This document shows, one piece after another, positions 1 through 11,683 of a DNA stretch of 64,000 nucleotides. This DNA comes from Octopus sinensis (lineage: Eukaryota): the NCBI RefSeq assembly GCF_006345805.1, contig NC_042997.1, positions 102,424,001 through 102,488,000 on the forward strand. The letters are read 5' to 3'. The notes beneath the pieces were generated by a model. It made no database searches and was not told where the DNA came from. It saw nothing but the letters and a program-made list of their open reading frames with translations. The position numbers and the translations under genes are program-made. Positions within the stretch are counted from its first letter, which is position 1; each line of letters starts with the position of its first letter.

Positions 1-463
1 TGAAGATGGTCACATGAGTAGATGAATTTCTTTTTGTTTTGATATGTTTTTAATAATTTCTTCAGATTAGTTAAAAGAAACGGGAGTATACATCAAATGC
101 AGCCCTACTTTGGTTCTTATGCCGTAAGAGAGTTGAAAATATAATATAAAACAGGCAACAGTTAATGTTTGTTATAGGAATTAGGAAATGCATTTCTCTA
201 AATCAGCAGCAATGTAGATAACTATCACAAGATAATCATCAAAACTGGGATGCCTACTACATTCTTCATAACACAGATTTCATAATAAATTGCTTTAAAA
301 ATATTGAAGAAGCTAATAAACAATATAGAACATATATTTTGCTGCAAATAATTTAGAGCAAATTGTAAGAGTTTGCAATCACTTTTATTGAAGGTTATAT
401 TTCAAGCAATAAGAATAAGAGATTAATATAATTTAAAAGTGAATAAATAGAATATATACTCAC

Positions 464-610
464 TTGAGTTTTAGTCTCATTGATTTCCTTTACTCTGGTT
501 TCAAGTTTAGCAACTTTTTCTTGCCAAACACTTTGGTTTTCTTGGAGTGATTTATTCATTGCACGTTCTTCTTGCAGCTCCCTCATCACTTTTGATAACT
601 GACTGTGATA
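464..610 (-). CDS. BRAP: BRAP coiled-coil exon (YHSQLSKVMRELQEERAMNKSLQENQ...ETKTQ)
   Basis: Matches BRAP ELKEEQEMNKCLRANQ. Acceptor ATAACAG, donor CAA|GTGAGT, 147 bp. The final exon is outside the window. Confidence 0.9.
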
Positions 611-2745
611 CTGTTATAACAGATCATAAATCATCATTTTTTTTCTTTTTCATACTTTTGCATTAGTTATTCAAAAACATATACTCTAATATTCCTATAT
701 TTATGCATTATGACATTCTACATACAACTTAAATGAATAGCCTGCACAGTGGAAACCTGTGCAATTAATCCCTTGCATGTCCAAAGTATTTTCATTAGTT
801 TGTCCTAAATGTCCAGATTTGTTTTCAGACTGTCAGTTAGCCATTGTCTCATATGCTCTGAGTAATATAAGGTTTTCTTTTCATAAGTCCCAAGTTACTC
901 TATTGGTTGAAAAAAATTGGGAAGGTGTATAATATATGATGCTTGGGCACCAGGGAAATATATCCTGTGTATGACATGTGATACACAGGATAGGCTAAGA
1001 GTTAAAAAAGAGACTAATTTCTGATACTAATAGTTCAAGAAAATCTTAACTAAACTAGATTAGTTTTATGTGATTAATATCTTTTATCTTTTACCTGTTT
1101 TAGGCATTAGACTGTGGCCATGCTGGGGCACCACCTCAAATTTTTAGTCTAATGAATCAACCCCAGTACTTATTTTTTAAATCTAGTACTTATTCTATCA
1201 TTCTCTTTTCTCTTTTGCTGAACTGCCAAGTTATGGGGGACATAAACACACCCACACTGGTTGTCAAGTGGTAATGGGGAGGACAAACACAGATATACAT
1301 ACATATATATATACGACGAGCTTCTTTCAGTTTCCGTCTACCAAATCCACTCACAAGGTTTTGGTTGGCTTGAGGCTATAGTAGAAGATGCCATGTGGTG
1401 GGACTGAACCTGAAACCACACAGCCACTCTGTCTCTGTCTGATTAGTATCAAGAAGTTCAATATTCAAGATATACTAGGAAAAGAAACTAAATGCAGTAT
1501 GTGGAATTACAATCTGGAGATAGATATGAAGGAAATAAAAATGATAAGATTTACTGGGACAATAAAGAAATAACTCGCTGAAAATGTGATAGGAAATATC
1601 TGTTAAGTAAATATAAATTACAGAGGGTCTAGGTCAATCAAACAATATCAGTAATATGATAGAGTTCAAGATAAAAATACAAAATGATTATAGGGATGAC
1701 TCTCACACTAGCATCTAAACATATATAAAATGTTGAGTAAATTTTAAGAATCTAATCCATGCTACAATGATAAAATGATGCCAGAAACAGCAGCCAGGTT
1801 TCAATTTACCAGTACATTGAAACACAGCCACAAGTATTATATAATTATGCTTTTAAAATAGAAATATTATTTACTTAGCTGTAAATTAGATACTATTGCC
1901 ATTCTCAAAAGTATAGTTTAGAAAATGCGGCATATAAAAGCATTTGTAACAGTAATTCTTATAAATATATATAAATTTGTGAAATCCAACTTCAGTGTCT
2001 CATAGCAGTGTAACAGTTGCAATGGATATTCAGAAGCTATAGTAGTAGGGCATATACCCTTGGAAGTCCAACCAAGCCACAAAAGTACAGAATCTGCTGG
2101 CCCTACAAAGAGACATTCTCACACAAGCAAGCACATAGTCTATTCACTAGAGGTTGGAAGCTAGCTAATTTGAAGTGGTAATTATGACCTGCCAGCCTAG
2201 CCAAGCAGGATGGCTCCATTTGAAAGCCACAACAATACAAGGAAATGAGAAGGAAGAATTGGCAGTACATTGTGACTAAGGGAATATAACAACATCCAAT
2301 AGTCTGGTCAGTACAGTGATAAAGGACAGTGATGTATATAAGTTTATAGAACTACACCAAAAATAATAAATAAATCATCATCATTTAATGCCTGTTTTCC
2401 ATGCTGGCATGGGTTAGACAGTTTGACTGGAGTTGGTAAGCCAGAGAGCTGCACCAGGTTCCAGACTGTTTAGGCTTGGTTTCTACAGTTGGATGCCTTT
2501 GCCAACCACTCCACAGAGTGTAGTGAGTGCCTTTTACATGTCACTGGTACTGGCCCCACCAAAGATTTCATTGAGACTTAACATCCGAAGACCATACTTC
2601 ATTGCCTCATCCCATGTCTTCCTGAGTCTACCTCTTTCACAGGTTCCCACCAAATTGAATAAAAAGAATTCTGAAAATTTATGGGGTTTTTTTCAAATAT
2701 AATAAGAAATAATAATTAAGAATTTATTTTCCTTCTGTAAGATAC

Positions 2746-2859
2746 CTGAGTACATTTCTTTTCAGTTTGATTTTTCAGTCGGTTAACACGTTCTAAAGCT
2801 TCTTCCATACGATTGTGTTCATCAACCATCTGTTTATGCCTGCTCTCTCCAGCTTTCAC
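2746..2859 (-). CDS. BRAP: BRAP coiled-coil exon (VKAGESRHKQ...LKNQTEKKCTQ)
   Basis: Ends EKKCTQ, like vertebrate ERKCTQ. Acceptor GTTTTAG, donor CAG|GTATCT, 114 bp, phase 0-0. Confidence 0.85.
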
Positions 2860-3901
2860 CTAAAACATTAATACACAAACATACAGTTAATGTGGTTAAT
2901 GAAAGTTTTCTTCAACAACATATGAGATATTTTACCATATCATATGAGACATTTTATGTAATATACTTTATTCTACATAATAACATTAACCCGTTAGCAT
3001 TTAAAACAGCCCTATCTAGCCCAAAATATTCTACTTGTTTTATATTCAAACTGACCAGACCAGGCCTCTTACACCTATCCAACAATGTCATTCAAATCAT
3101 AACCAATCACATCATTGAAATCTCAAAGCTATGAGATAATGCATGATTAATTCAAAACAATATGAATAAGTATTACAAGGAATAGAGTAATCTGAATGCT
3201 AAAGTGTTAATAATACTACAATTGATAAATTTTACATCTTCAATGCTTCCACTTTTTGAAAAGAACAGGCTGCAGATATTACAGAAGAACAAGTATTGGA
3301 AATTAATAATGACACAAAGTTACTAAAATGATGATGTTTCACGGTATTAATGCAAAGTGAAAGAAATCAAAACTGGAACCAGGAAATAGCAAAACAAAAT
3401 TCTTAATTGCAAATACAAAATCTATGACAATTGGACATAATTTTCTATCAACATTTTATTTGACGAAATCCAGTGCAAATGTATCCCAAATTCTTTCTAC
3501 CTTCCAACAGTTAATCATTTATTCACTATACGACAGCTGCAATGACAAGTTTGTTTTCTTTTTGCATAACAAGGTACTTTTTTTTGTAAATGGAAATTTA
3601 TATTTGACTGAATCAACTTATGTATCATACTACCCTGTGATTGAACACAGCACGATGGAGAAGATTATATACAGTAAAGCATCTAGTCCACTACTTTACC
3701 ACTTATTCTAATGCATCATCATTTTAATGTCCCCCTCTCCATGCTCACATAGATTGGACGAAATTTGTTGAGATGAGTTTTCTAAGGCCAGATGCCCTTC
3801 CTATCATTAATCCTTACTTATTTCCAAGTAATGCTTCCTACATTACCAAACATACTTTCACAGAATACTGGAAATGAAGGACATCACATATATGATGATG
3901 A

Positions 3902-4001
3902 NNNNNNNNNNNNNNNNNNNNNNNNNNNNNNNNNNNNNNNNNNNNNNNNNNNNNNNNNNNNNNNNNNNNNNNNNNNNNNNNNNNNNNNNNNNNNNNNNNN
4001 N
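3902..4001. other. Assembly gap (100 N)
   Basis: Run of exactly 100 N, a typical placeholder for a gap of unknown size. Confidence 0.99.
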
Positions 4002-5009
4002 TGCCATCTCCACCACCGCTGTCACTACCGTCATCATTTAACATCCATGTTCCATGTTGGCATAGGGTTGGTACCAACACTGACACAATTATACGTAAGT
4101 CTGAAGTGATTATGAGATACTAGAGTGGAAGCAAGCAGATGTGTACTGTGTACAAGGAGAGAAGCACATGGCTCAGTGGTTGGAACATTGAGCTCACAAT
4201 CATGAGGAAATGGGTTTGATTCCTGGACCAGGCTGTGTGCTGTGTTTTTGAGCAAAACACTTAATTTCATGTTGCTCCAGTTTACTAAGCTGTAGAAATT
4301 AGATGTGATGATACTGGTGCCAAGCTGAATCAGTCTTGGATAACATCAGAGGAGAGGCTGATATGCATGCACGAGGTGCAAACATGACTGTTGGTTAAGG
4401 AGTCTGGTTTCTAGCCATGTGGCTTTTTGGACTGTCAATGCATTGCAAATGTAAGTTGGTTGACAGTAACCTATCGTGTGTGTATGTGTGAGTACATGTG
4501 TATGTATACATATATATGTGTGTAAAAGGTTGAAAGTAGACTTGTCCTTTAATTGGAGCAGAATAGGAACACAGGAATAGGAACAAATAGACATGAAACT
4601 CATAGGTCCAACTTCTCTGCTCTTTCTTTTAAGTTCTCATCTTTTCTGCACTGATGAGTACTTTGATATTTGCAAATTCTGAAAATGAATTTATATCTAT
4701 GTACAAGACGATCATATTTATGAATAAACTTCTTACAAATTTTTAACATCTTATCTCTTCCATTTTTGACAAATATGATCAGATTTGTAGAACTTCATTC
4801 TATAACTTAATCATACACTTAATATACATCATCATTATCATCATTGTTTAACGTCTGCTTTCCATGCTAGCATAGGTATATACATATATATATATATATA
4901 AAGGCCTTTCACGATACACTTCAAGCCAGGAACTTTTCAATACCTCCTCATATATATATATACTTACATATATATTTCTTTTATTAAATAAGAGAATTTT
5001 GTAACATAC

Positions 5010-5077
5010 CTATAAGCATGTCTACCAACATACCGACCACAGCCAACATGACCACAAATCAAGCAGATCCACAGACT
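5010..5077 (-). CDS. BRAP: BRAP coding exon 10 (SLWICLICGHVGCGRYVGRHAY; ZnF-UBP)
   Basis: LWICLICGH.GCGRY motif. Acceptor TTCTTAG, donor AG|GTATGT, 68 bp, phase 0-2. Confidence 0.96.
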
Positions 5078-5866
5078 CTAAGAAAAGATAATTGATAAAA
5101 AAAACATCAACATTTTATAAATAGCACAGCTTTCAAAACTAAATTAATATCTATTTAATACAGTAATTACTAAAAATAATTACCATTTGACACACTGAAC
5201 TCATTTTTTTAAGACTTCTAAAAATATTTTGCTATGATTCTGTCAGTGTCTCAAAGAAGATACACAAAAAGGAGTTTTCTTTGTTGCTCCCTCTGAATAG
5301 ATATTGAATTCAACATTTCCAGAAAAGGGACTGAATCACAGCTATAACATCCCTGCTTTTTTAATAACATATTAGCTGAAGAGAAGTAGCAACAACTGAG
5401 AATTGAAACCAAACTCACTCTCACTGAGATCTTACCTACTGTCCTCTAGTCACTCATATTATAAATAAAAAAAGTAAAACATGTACACATGAGAGCCTCA
5501 AAGTGGTTGCTCAAATTGTTAGAAATAGCAACAAATTCCTACTCAGATTGCATCCTGCCCTCTGTTTTATTCAGGCATAGTATATCTAACACTGCATTGA
5601 ATCATCTATTGGAAAGTCACCTGTGCTTTCATTCAGGCATAGCGTATCTAGGACTATACTGGATAATGTAGTCCTAGATATACTATGCCTGAATGAAAGA
5701 CAAAATAGTTGGGACTAGAATACATTTAATCTTAAGTTTGCTTTATTAGGGTTGACCTGGATTAAACAGTAACAACAGAAAAGCAAAATATACAGAAAAA
5801 AGTGAGAATAATAATAATAATTCAATTGTAAAATTTTCAAAGCAAAGTAATCAATCGAAATATTAC

Positions 5867-5942
5867 CTCTTGAGAGCCACATTCTAAGCATCTGTTATCT
5901 GGAACTTCTTCAGGTGTTTGGCAATAGCGACAAACTGGGCAA
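5867..5942 (-). CDS. BRAP: BRAP coding exon 9 (CPVCRYCQTPEEVPDNRCLECGSQE)
   Basis: CPVCRYCQTPE motif covering the RING end and ZnF-UBP start. Acceptor TTTCTAG, donor GAG|GTAATA, 76 bp, phase 2-0. Confidence 0.96.
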
Positions 5943-8091
5943 CTAGAAAACATATTTTAATTAACAACATAAATATATTTTAAATAATTTTTCATGCTAA
6001 CATAGGTGGAATGGCCTTCTGCTATTTTGAATATTTTGCATTTTGTCAGAGCAATTCTATTTACTACCCAGGTAATATTCACAAAACATCATTCAGTAAA
6101 TGAACTGAAGCATATAGAATTGTATTGTTTATTAACCTCTGGTTATTTTCTCAGCACATTCTTTTCATCTTTACACTTCAAATACAGAATAGGTGTTAAC
6201 AGTTCATTTTAACTTCAGTTGTCAATAATAAAAAAAAGGTTTTAAATTGAGGTAAGCACTGGAATTAAATGAATAGGGAACAAATGAATTTATAATATAT
6301 TGAATGAGGTATTGAAGGACGACCTTTGAATGTTAGGCTTCACAGAGGCAATGACAAGCGACTGAGATCTTTGGAGATATTCTGTACTTGAGAAGACCTG
6401 GCAAACCAAGTGAGAACATAGTCATGGCTAATGCCAGTATCGCATAATTGGCCTGTTTAAAAGCACCCTTCAATCGTTGGCCAATATGCCATGCTTGTGA
6501 AGATCTGTTGAACTGAGTGAAATCGTAGTCATGGCCAATGCCAGTGCCACATAACATAAAAAGCACCGTTTGAGCATGGCTGATGCCAATGCCACCTGTG
6601 CTGGTGGCATGTAAAAAGCACCATTCGGTTGTGGCCTATGCCAGTGCCGCCTGACTGGCACCCGTACCAGTGGCACATAAAAAATACACCATCCAAATGT
6701 AGCCAATGCCAGTGCCGCCTGACTGGATCCCATGGCAGTGGAACATACAAAGCATTGACTACACTCTCGGAGTGGTTGGCATTAGGAAGGGCATCCAGCT
6801 GTAGAAACCTTGCCAAATCAGATTGAGACTTGGTACAACCTCCTGGCCAACCACTTCTCTGTCAAATCATCCAACCTATGCCAGCATGGAAAGTAGATGT
6901 TAAACAACGATCATGATGTAAGAAACTTTTGATTTATAATAAAGGAAATTGCTATAAAAAGTTATGCACAATGGATTTGAAGTTATTATGTAAAATACAG
7001 GCAAGCAAGTCATGGTCTATTGACCATGATTAGAACAGTAGCGACTCTGAATAAGAGAAGTGACCCAGATTGTGATGATTTATCCCACCCATGCTGGCAT
7101 GAAAAGTGAATGTAAATCAGGTATAATGATTATTATATGTGTGTGTGTATGCATGTACATACGCATACCCTGCATTATGAGCAAAAGTATTTGTGTGGCT
7201 TTCAGATAGATTCATAAACACAATAAAAAGATTTGTACTTCAATGAAAGTAGAAATGTCCAAGGCTTGGCCAATATCTTCCTTTTTATCCTGGTCTCACA
7301 GTATCCAGCTTTCAAATGCTTATCAGTCTGAAAGCAAGTCATTCATAATGCTTGCGTTTCCAATTAACAATATTTTTAAGTGCTTCTGACTGCTTTGCAC
7401 TAAAACTTCATACTTTAACAAGAGTTGACCCACTTTTATTTTTTCCAGGTCATTAGCTAACTAAAGGCAATATATAATACTAACTGTAACTGTTTTGGCT
7501 TACACCATACAGATTTAGATGGTGTCTTCTGAAGTTGCAACATCTTGATCCATGTTCATAGGTTGTTCCATAACTAGCTTTAAAATAAAATCCCTGTTAG
7601 TATCAAGCCACAAATTCTAATAAGTAAGATATTGCCAAACTGGAAAAATCAAACAGATCAGAGGCTTAGGCTACCAGTAGCCACGGATTCTGAAACAAAT
7701 GAATACTGAATTTTGAACAAGTAATTTGTTTGACAAGAACTAGGAGTCCACCACTCCTAGACTGGTCAAACAGTATGCTCATTCATCATTTCAAGTATTC
7801 CTGAGTTGGCATGTGCTGTTGCTAGATAGTCATCGATCCTGTGCAGTGTTCATTCATCCTCTTTACAGGTCTTATGTTTTGGCCAGCTGGGTTTCTAACA
7901 ACCCTCCTCATCAAACTAACTTGGAGGGAGTGCCAGTCAGATGCCAACTTTTCAGTCATATCACAGTAACCTGATAATTTAGTAGTAATGTGTCTTCACT
8001 TAATCATTCAAAGGTGTGCAAATGAGCTTTGATTTCATAACAAAAGAACTTGGAATATTTACTTTATTATTATATTAATTAAAATTGTAGT

Positions 8092-8155
<64 letters not shown>

Positions 8156-8320
8156 GAAATATTAAAATTACTAAGTCTCTCTAAAAGAGAACAGCGGCAG
8201 CGTTCCCGGAAAATAATAGTTATCGCCATACTAATATGGCATTCTTATAAAAATAAGAATAAAGAATAAATAAAACCATCGAACAGAGATTGTCGGAAGC
8301 GACACCTACTGGCTGGCTAC

Positions 8321-8362
8321 GCTGCATTGAAAAGGGGCAATACCCCGAAACGTGTCTGTAGC
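8321..8362 (+). ncRNA. Minimal type I hammerhead ribozyme, copy 1 (U3-A8 core)
   Basis: GCTGCA-TTGAAAA-GGGG CAATA CCCC-GAAAC GT GTC-TGTAGC. Stems I and II, GAAA and GUC are intact. The stem III palindrome is broken (ACGTGT). Confidence 0.7.
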
Positions 8363-8682
8363 TGCCGGTCAAGTAGTGTGGAACGACTGACCTCCCTTGT
8401 TCGAAGGTTATATGGATACAGTTTGTGTATCAAATAGCTAACTTAAGGCGATGGCCTCATGGAGCTAATAAGCGGTCAGCTTTATTCTTATTTTTATAAG
8501 AATGCCATATTAGTATGGCGATAACTATTATTTTCCGGGAACGCTGCCGCTGTTCTCTTTTAGAGAGACTTAGTAATTTTAATATTTCTATTATTGAAAA
8601 CAAGTGGATGTATTCCACCGAAACTAGGTAAATAAAACCATCGAACAGAGATTGTCGGAAGCGACACCTACTGGCTGGCTAC

Positions 8683-8724
8683 GCTGCATTGAAAAGGGGC
8701 AATACCCCGAAACGCGTCTGTAGC
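8683..8724 (+). ncRNA. Minimal type I hammerhead ribozyme, copy 2 (U3-A8 core)
   Basis: As copy 1, but with the palindromic stem III ACGCGT typical of dimer-forming minimal hammerheads. Confidence 0.78.
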
Positions 8725-9044
8725 TGCTGGTCAAGTAGTGTGGAGCGACTGACCTCCCTTGTTCGAAGGTTATATGGATACAGTTTGTGTATCAAATAGC
8801 TAACTTAAGGCGATGGCCTCATGGAGCTAATAAACGGTCAGCTTTATTCTTATTTTTATAAGAATGCCATATTAGTATGGCGATAACTATTATTTTCCGG
8901 GAACGCTGCCGCTGTTCTCTTTTAGAGAGACTTAGTAATTTTAATATTTCTATTATTGAAAACAAGTGGATGTATTCCACCGAAACTAGGTAAATAAAAC
9001 CATCGAACAGAGATTGTCGGAAGCGACACCTACTGGCTGGCTAC

Positions 9045-9086
9045 GCTGCATTGAAAAGGGGCAATACCCCGAAACGCGTCTGTAGC
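9045..9086 (+). ncRNA. Minimal type I hammerhead ribozyme, copy 3 (U3-A8 core)
   Basis: Identical to copy 2. Confidence 0.78.
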
Positions 9087-9834
9087 TGCCGGTCAAGTAG
9101 TGTGGAGCGACTGACCTCCCTTGTTCGAAGGTTATATGGATACAGTTTGTGTATCAAATAGCTAACTTAAGGCGATGGCCTCATGGAGCTAATAAGCGGT
9201 CAGCTTTATTCTTATTTTTATAAGAATGCCATATTAGTATGGCGATAACTATTATATATATATATATATAAAGTAGTATTATTACCATTATTTATAGTAA
9301 CAATAAGGTGGCTAGAAAGTTCACACCTTTACAGGCTCTGATTTTAGCAAGTGGTATTATATACCCTACTTAATCATATATATATATAGGTGTGGCTGTG
9401 TGATTGAGATGCTTGCTTCCCATCCATGTAGTTTCAGGTTCAGTCCCACTGCACAACACCTTAGACAAGTGTCTTCTATAGCTTCTGGTTGACCAAAGCC
9501 TTGTTAGTGGATTTACAAAACAGAAACTAAAACTAGACTGTTGGATATATGTATGTGTGTGTGTGGAGGGGGGTGCACGTGCTTGTGTCCTTATCTCGAC
9601 ATTACATGATAGCTGTAAGCAAGTGCCAGTGTTATTACAAGTGGTTGTCCTTCATTTATAATCTTGTGTAAACATGTCTGGCAATGGGGAAATATTACTT
9701 TGTATTGAGACAGGTGAGGGTTGGCAACAGGAAGTATACTTGATCATAGAAATCTGCCCCGACAAATTTCACCAGCCCCATTGAAGCATGGAAAAGTGGA
9801 TGTAAAACAATGATGATAATATAATATATATATA

Positions 9835-9882
<48 letters not shown>

Positions 9883-10183
9883 AAGCTGTAAAAATCTTCA
9901 CAAACTATTCAGAGTTTCATGTTCTTGTTCATCAGACAGATGTCCTAGCATGTGTGTGTGTGTAGTGAGAGAGAGAAAGTGCGAGGACAGATGTGATTGG
10001 AGAAGGTAGAGAAAATGCATATCTGTAGATGAATAAGATAGGTTTAAAGTTGATAAAATTCATGAATTCAATACACATCTCTTAAAAGAAATGAAGCACA
10101 ATAGTGATTTCAATGTTATTAACAAGCCACATTTTTTTCCCAATAAACTGAGTAAATCTTTATATAAATTTGTACAACATTAC

Positions 10184-10266
10184 CTTGTATAGCCCCATTG
10201 GGCAAGGCAAGTCACATGAAAGGCATGATTGCACAAAATAGTCAGAATTCCCTCAACAGATTCATC
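10184..10266 (-). CDS. BRAP: BRAP coding exon 8 (DESVEGILTILCNHAFHVTCLAQWGYT; RING-H2)
   Basis: C.H.FH..C RING-H2 ligands. Acceptor ATTTCAG, donor AG|GTAATG, 83 bp, phase 0-2. Confidence 0.95.
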
Positions 10267-11617
10267 CTGAAATATTGAGAGCAATTTTCTATTATTAAAT
10301 ACATCATTGAATTTTGAAAGGCCAGTATATAACAATTGAATGCTTTAATATTAAAAACAAAATTGTTCTAAATAAATGAAACAGCCTAATATCTCTAAGT
10401 AGTGGACTTGTGCTCTACATAAAAAGGAGTTATTCTTAAATGATCAAAATATTTTCTATAAAAGTTGTCTTAGTTTGTTGAAGTAGTACCTGGTAACATA
10501 TAAATAGCATTTTTATAGCATACGCATAGGTGTATAACGTTGAGTAATTGGTCAGCATTCAGAGATTAGCTTCTGACATTTCTTGTTCCATAGGTTACTT
10601 CTACTTGATTGCTTGATCCTTTTTCACCTATCCTTCATCCTTCATAAACATCACATTTTTACCAGCACACTCTTCTCTCTAAAACATTATGACTGATTCC
10701 TTTCATACTCATTTTTTCCATCAGCTCACTTTTGATTCATTGATGATGTGTGTAGATATTATAAATCTAATAAAACATGTCCACCTTTCTTTCTTCCCAG
10801 CCTTTACACTTATCTTCCACAGTCAGAGACCATGCCTCACTATCATACAGTATTACATTTTGTACACAAGAATTGTACAATTTGCCCTTTATTTGGAAGG
10901 AAAAACCCTTTGATACAAATAGAGGTAGTAGTTCCCTGTGACTACTGTGCTTTCACCTCAACACCCCCACTGTAATTAGATCCATACATATTGCAACAGC
11001 ATTTGAAAGCATTCTGAATTCTTTTCCATATTTACTTTAAACTCAGCTACAATTTATTAACTTAGCCTACAACACAATCACTTATACAACATGCAAATTA
11101 GTTACTGGTTCAACAATAATATTAGTCATTATGTTGTTAAATATTACATAATAATAATGCTGAAAAGCAGTCTAATTCAAGTGTTTTAATCACACACAAA
11201 TGAGCTCTCTCTTTCTCTCTTTGTATAGAGGCATCACAGTGTAATCAAGAAGTTTGAGCAACATTAGTAGGTGATAAGGTTATTTAAGAATAACATTTCC
11301 CTTGAGTATAATCTCACTTATATTGGATAAGTGTCTTCTCCCAAAGCCTCAGATCAACCAATACCCTGCAAATGAAATTTGATTGGCAGAAAATGTTTGG
11401 TAGCCCAATGTTCTTGAGTGGTAGACTTAATCCATTGCTTGGTCAATCACAATGACTTCCTCCCTTTCTCCTAACGACTTTGGAGACCCCAAAATAAAAA
11501 TGTCACCGACACTATATTTCCTGAGTCAATGAACACTCAAAATATGTGTAATATGGGATTTCTCTTTCTAAAAGTTAACTGGAAAATTTATAAAACTGAA
11601 ATTTCCTGAAATCTTAC

Positions 11618-11683
11618 CATTCTCTCCAAACAAACTGGGCAGTTAGGTAGTTCTGTTAAACCAGGAATTGGTAATCCAGCACC
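11618..11683 (-). CDS. BRAP: BRAP coding exon 7 (GAGLPIPGLTELPNCPVCLERM; RING start)
   Basis: LTELP.C.VCLERM motif. Acceptor ATTCTAG, donor ATG|GTAAGA, 66 bp, phase 0-0. Confidence 0.95.

Larger units (their letters stand above)
8152..9255 (+). repeat. Tandem array of about 2.7 x 362-bp ribozyme-bearing units plus a 113-bp inverted arm (Penelope pLTR/retrozyme-like)
   Basis: Units start at 8267, 8629 and 8991 and differ at only four visible positions. 8152-8264 is the reverse complement of 8480-8592. (TA)n lies on both sides. Confidence 0.9.
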
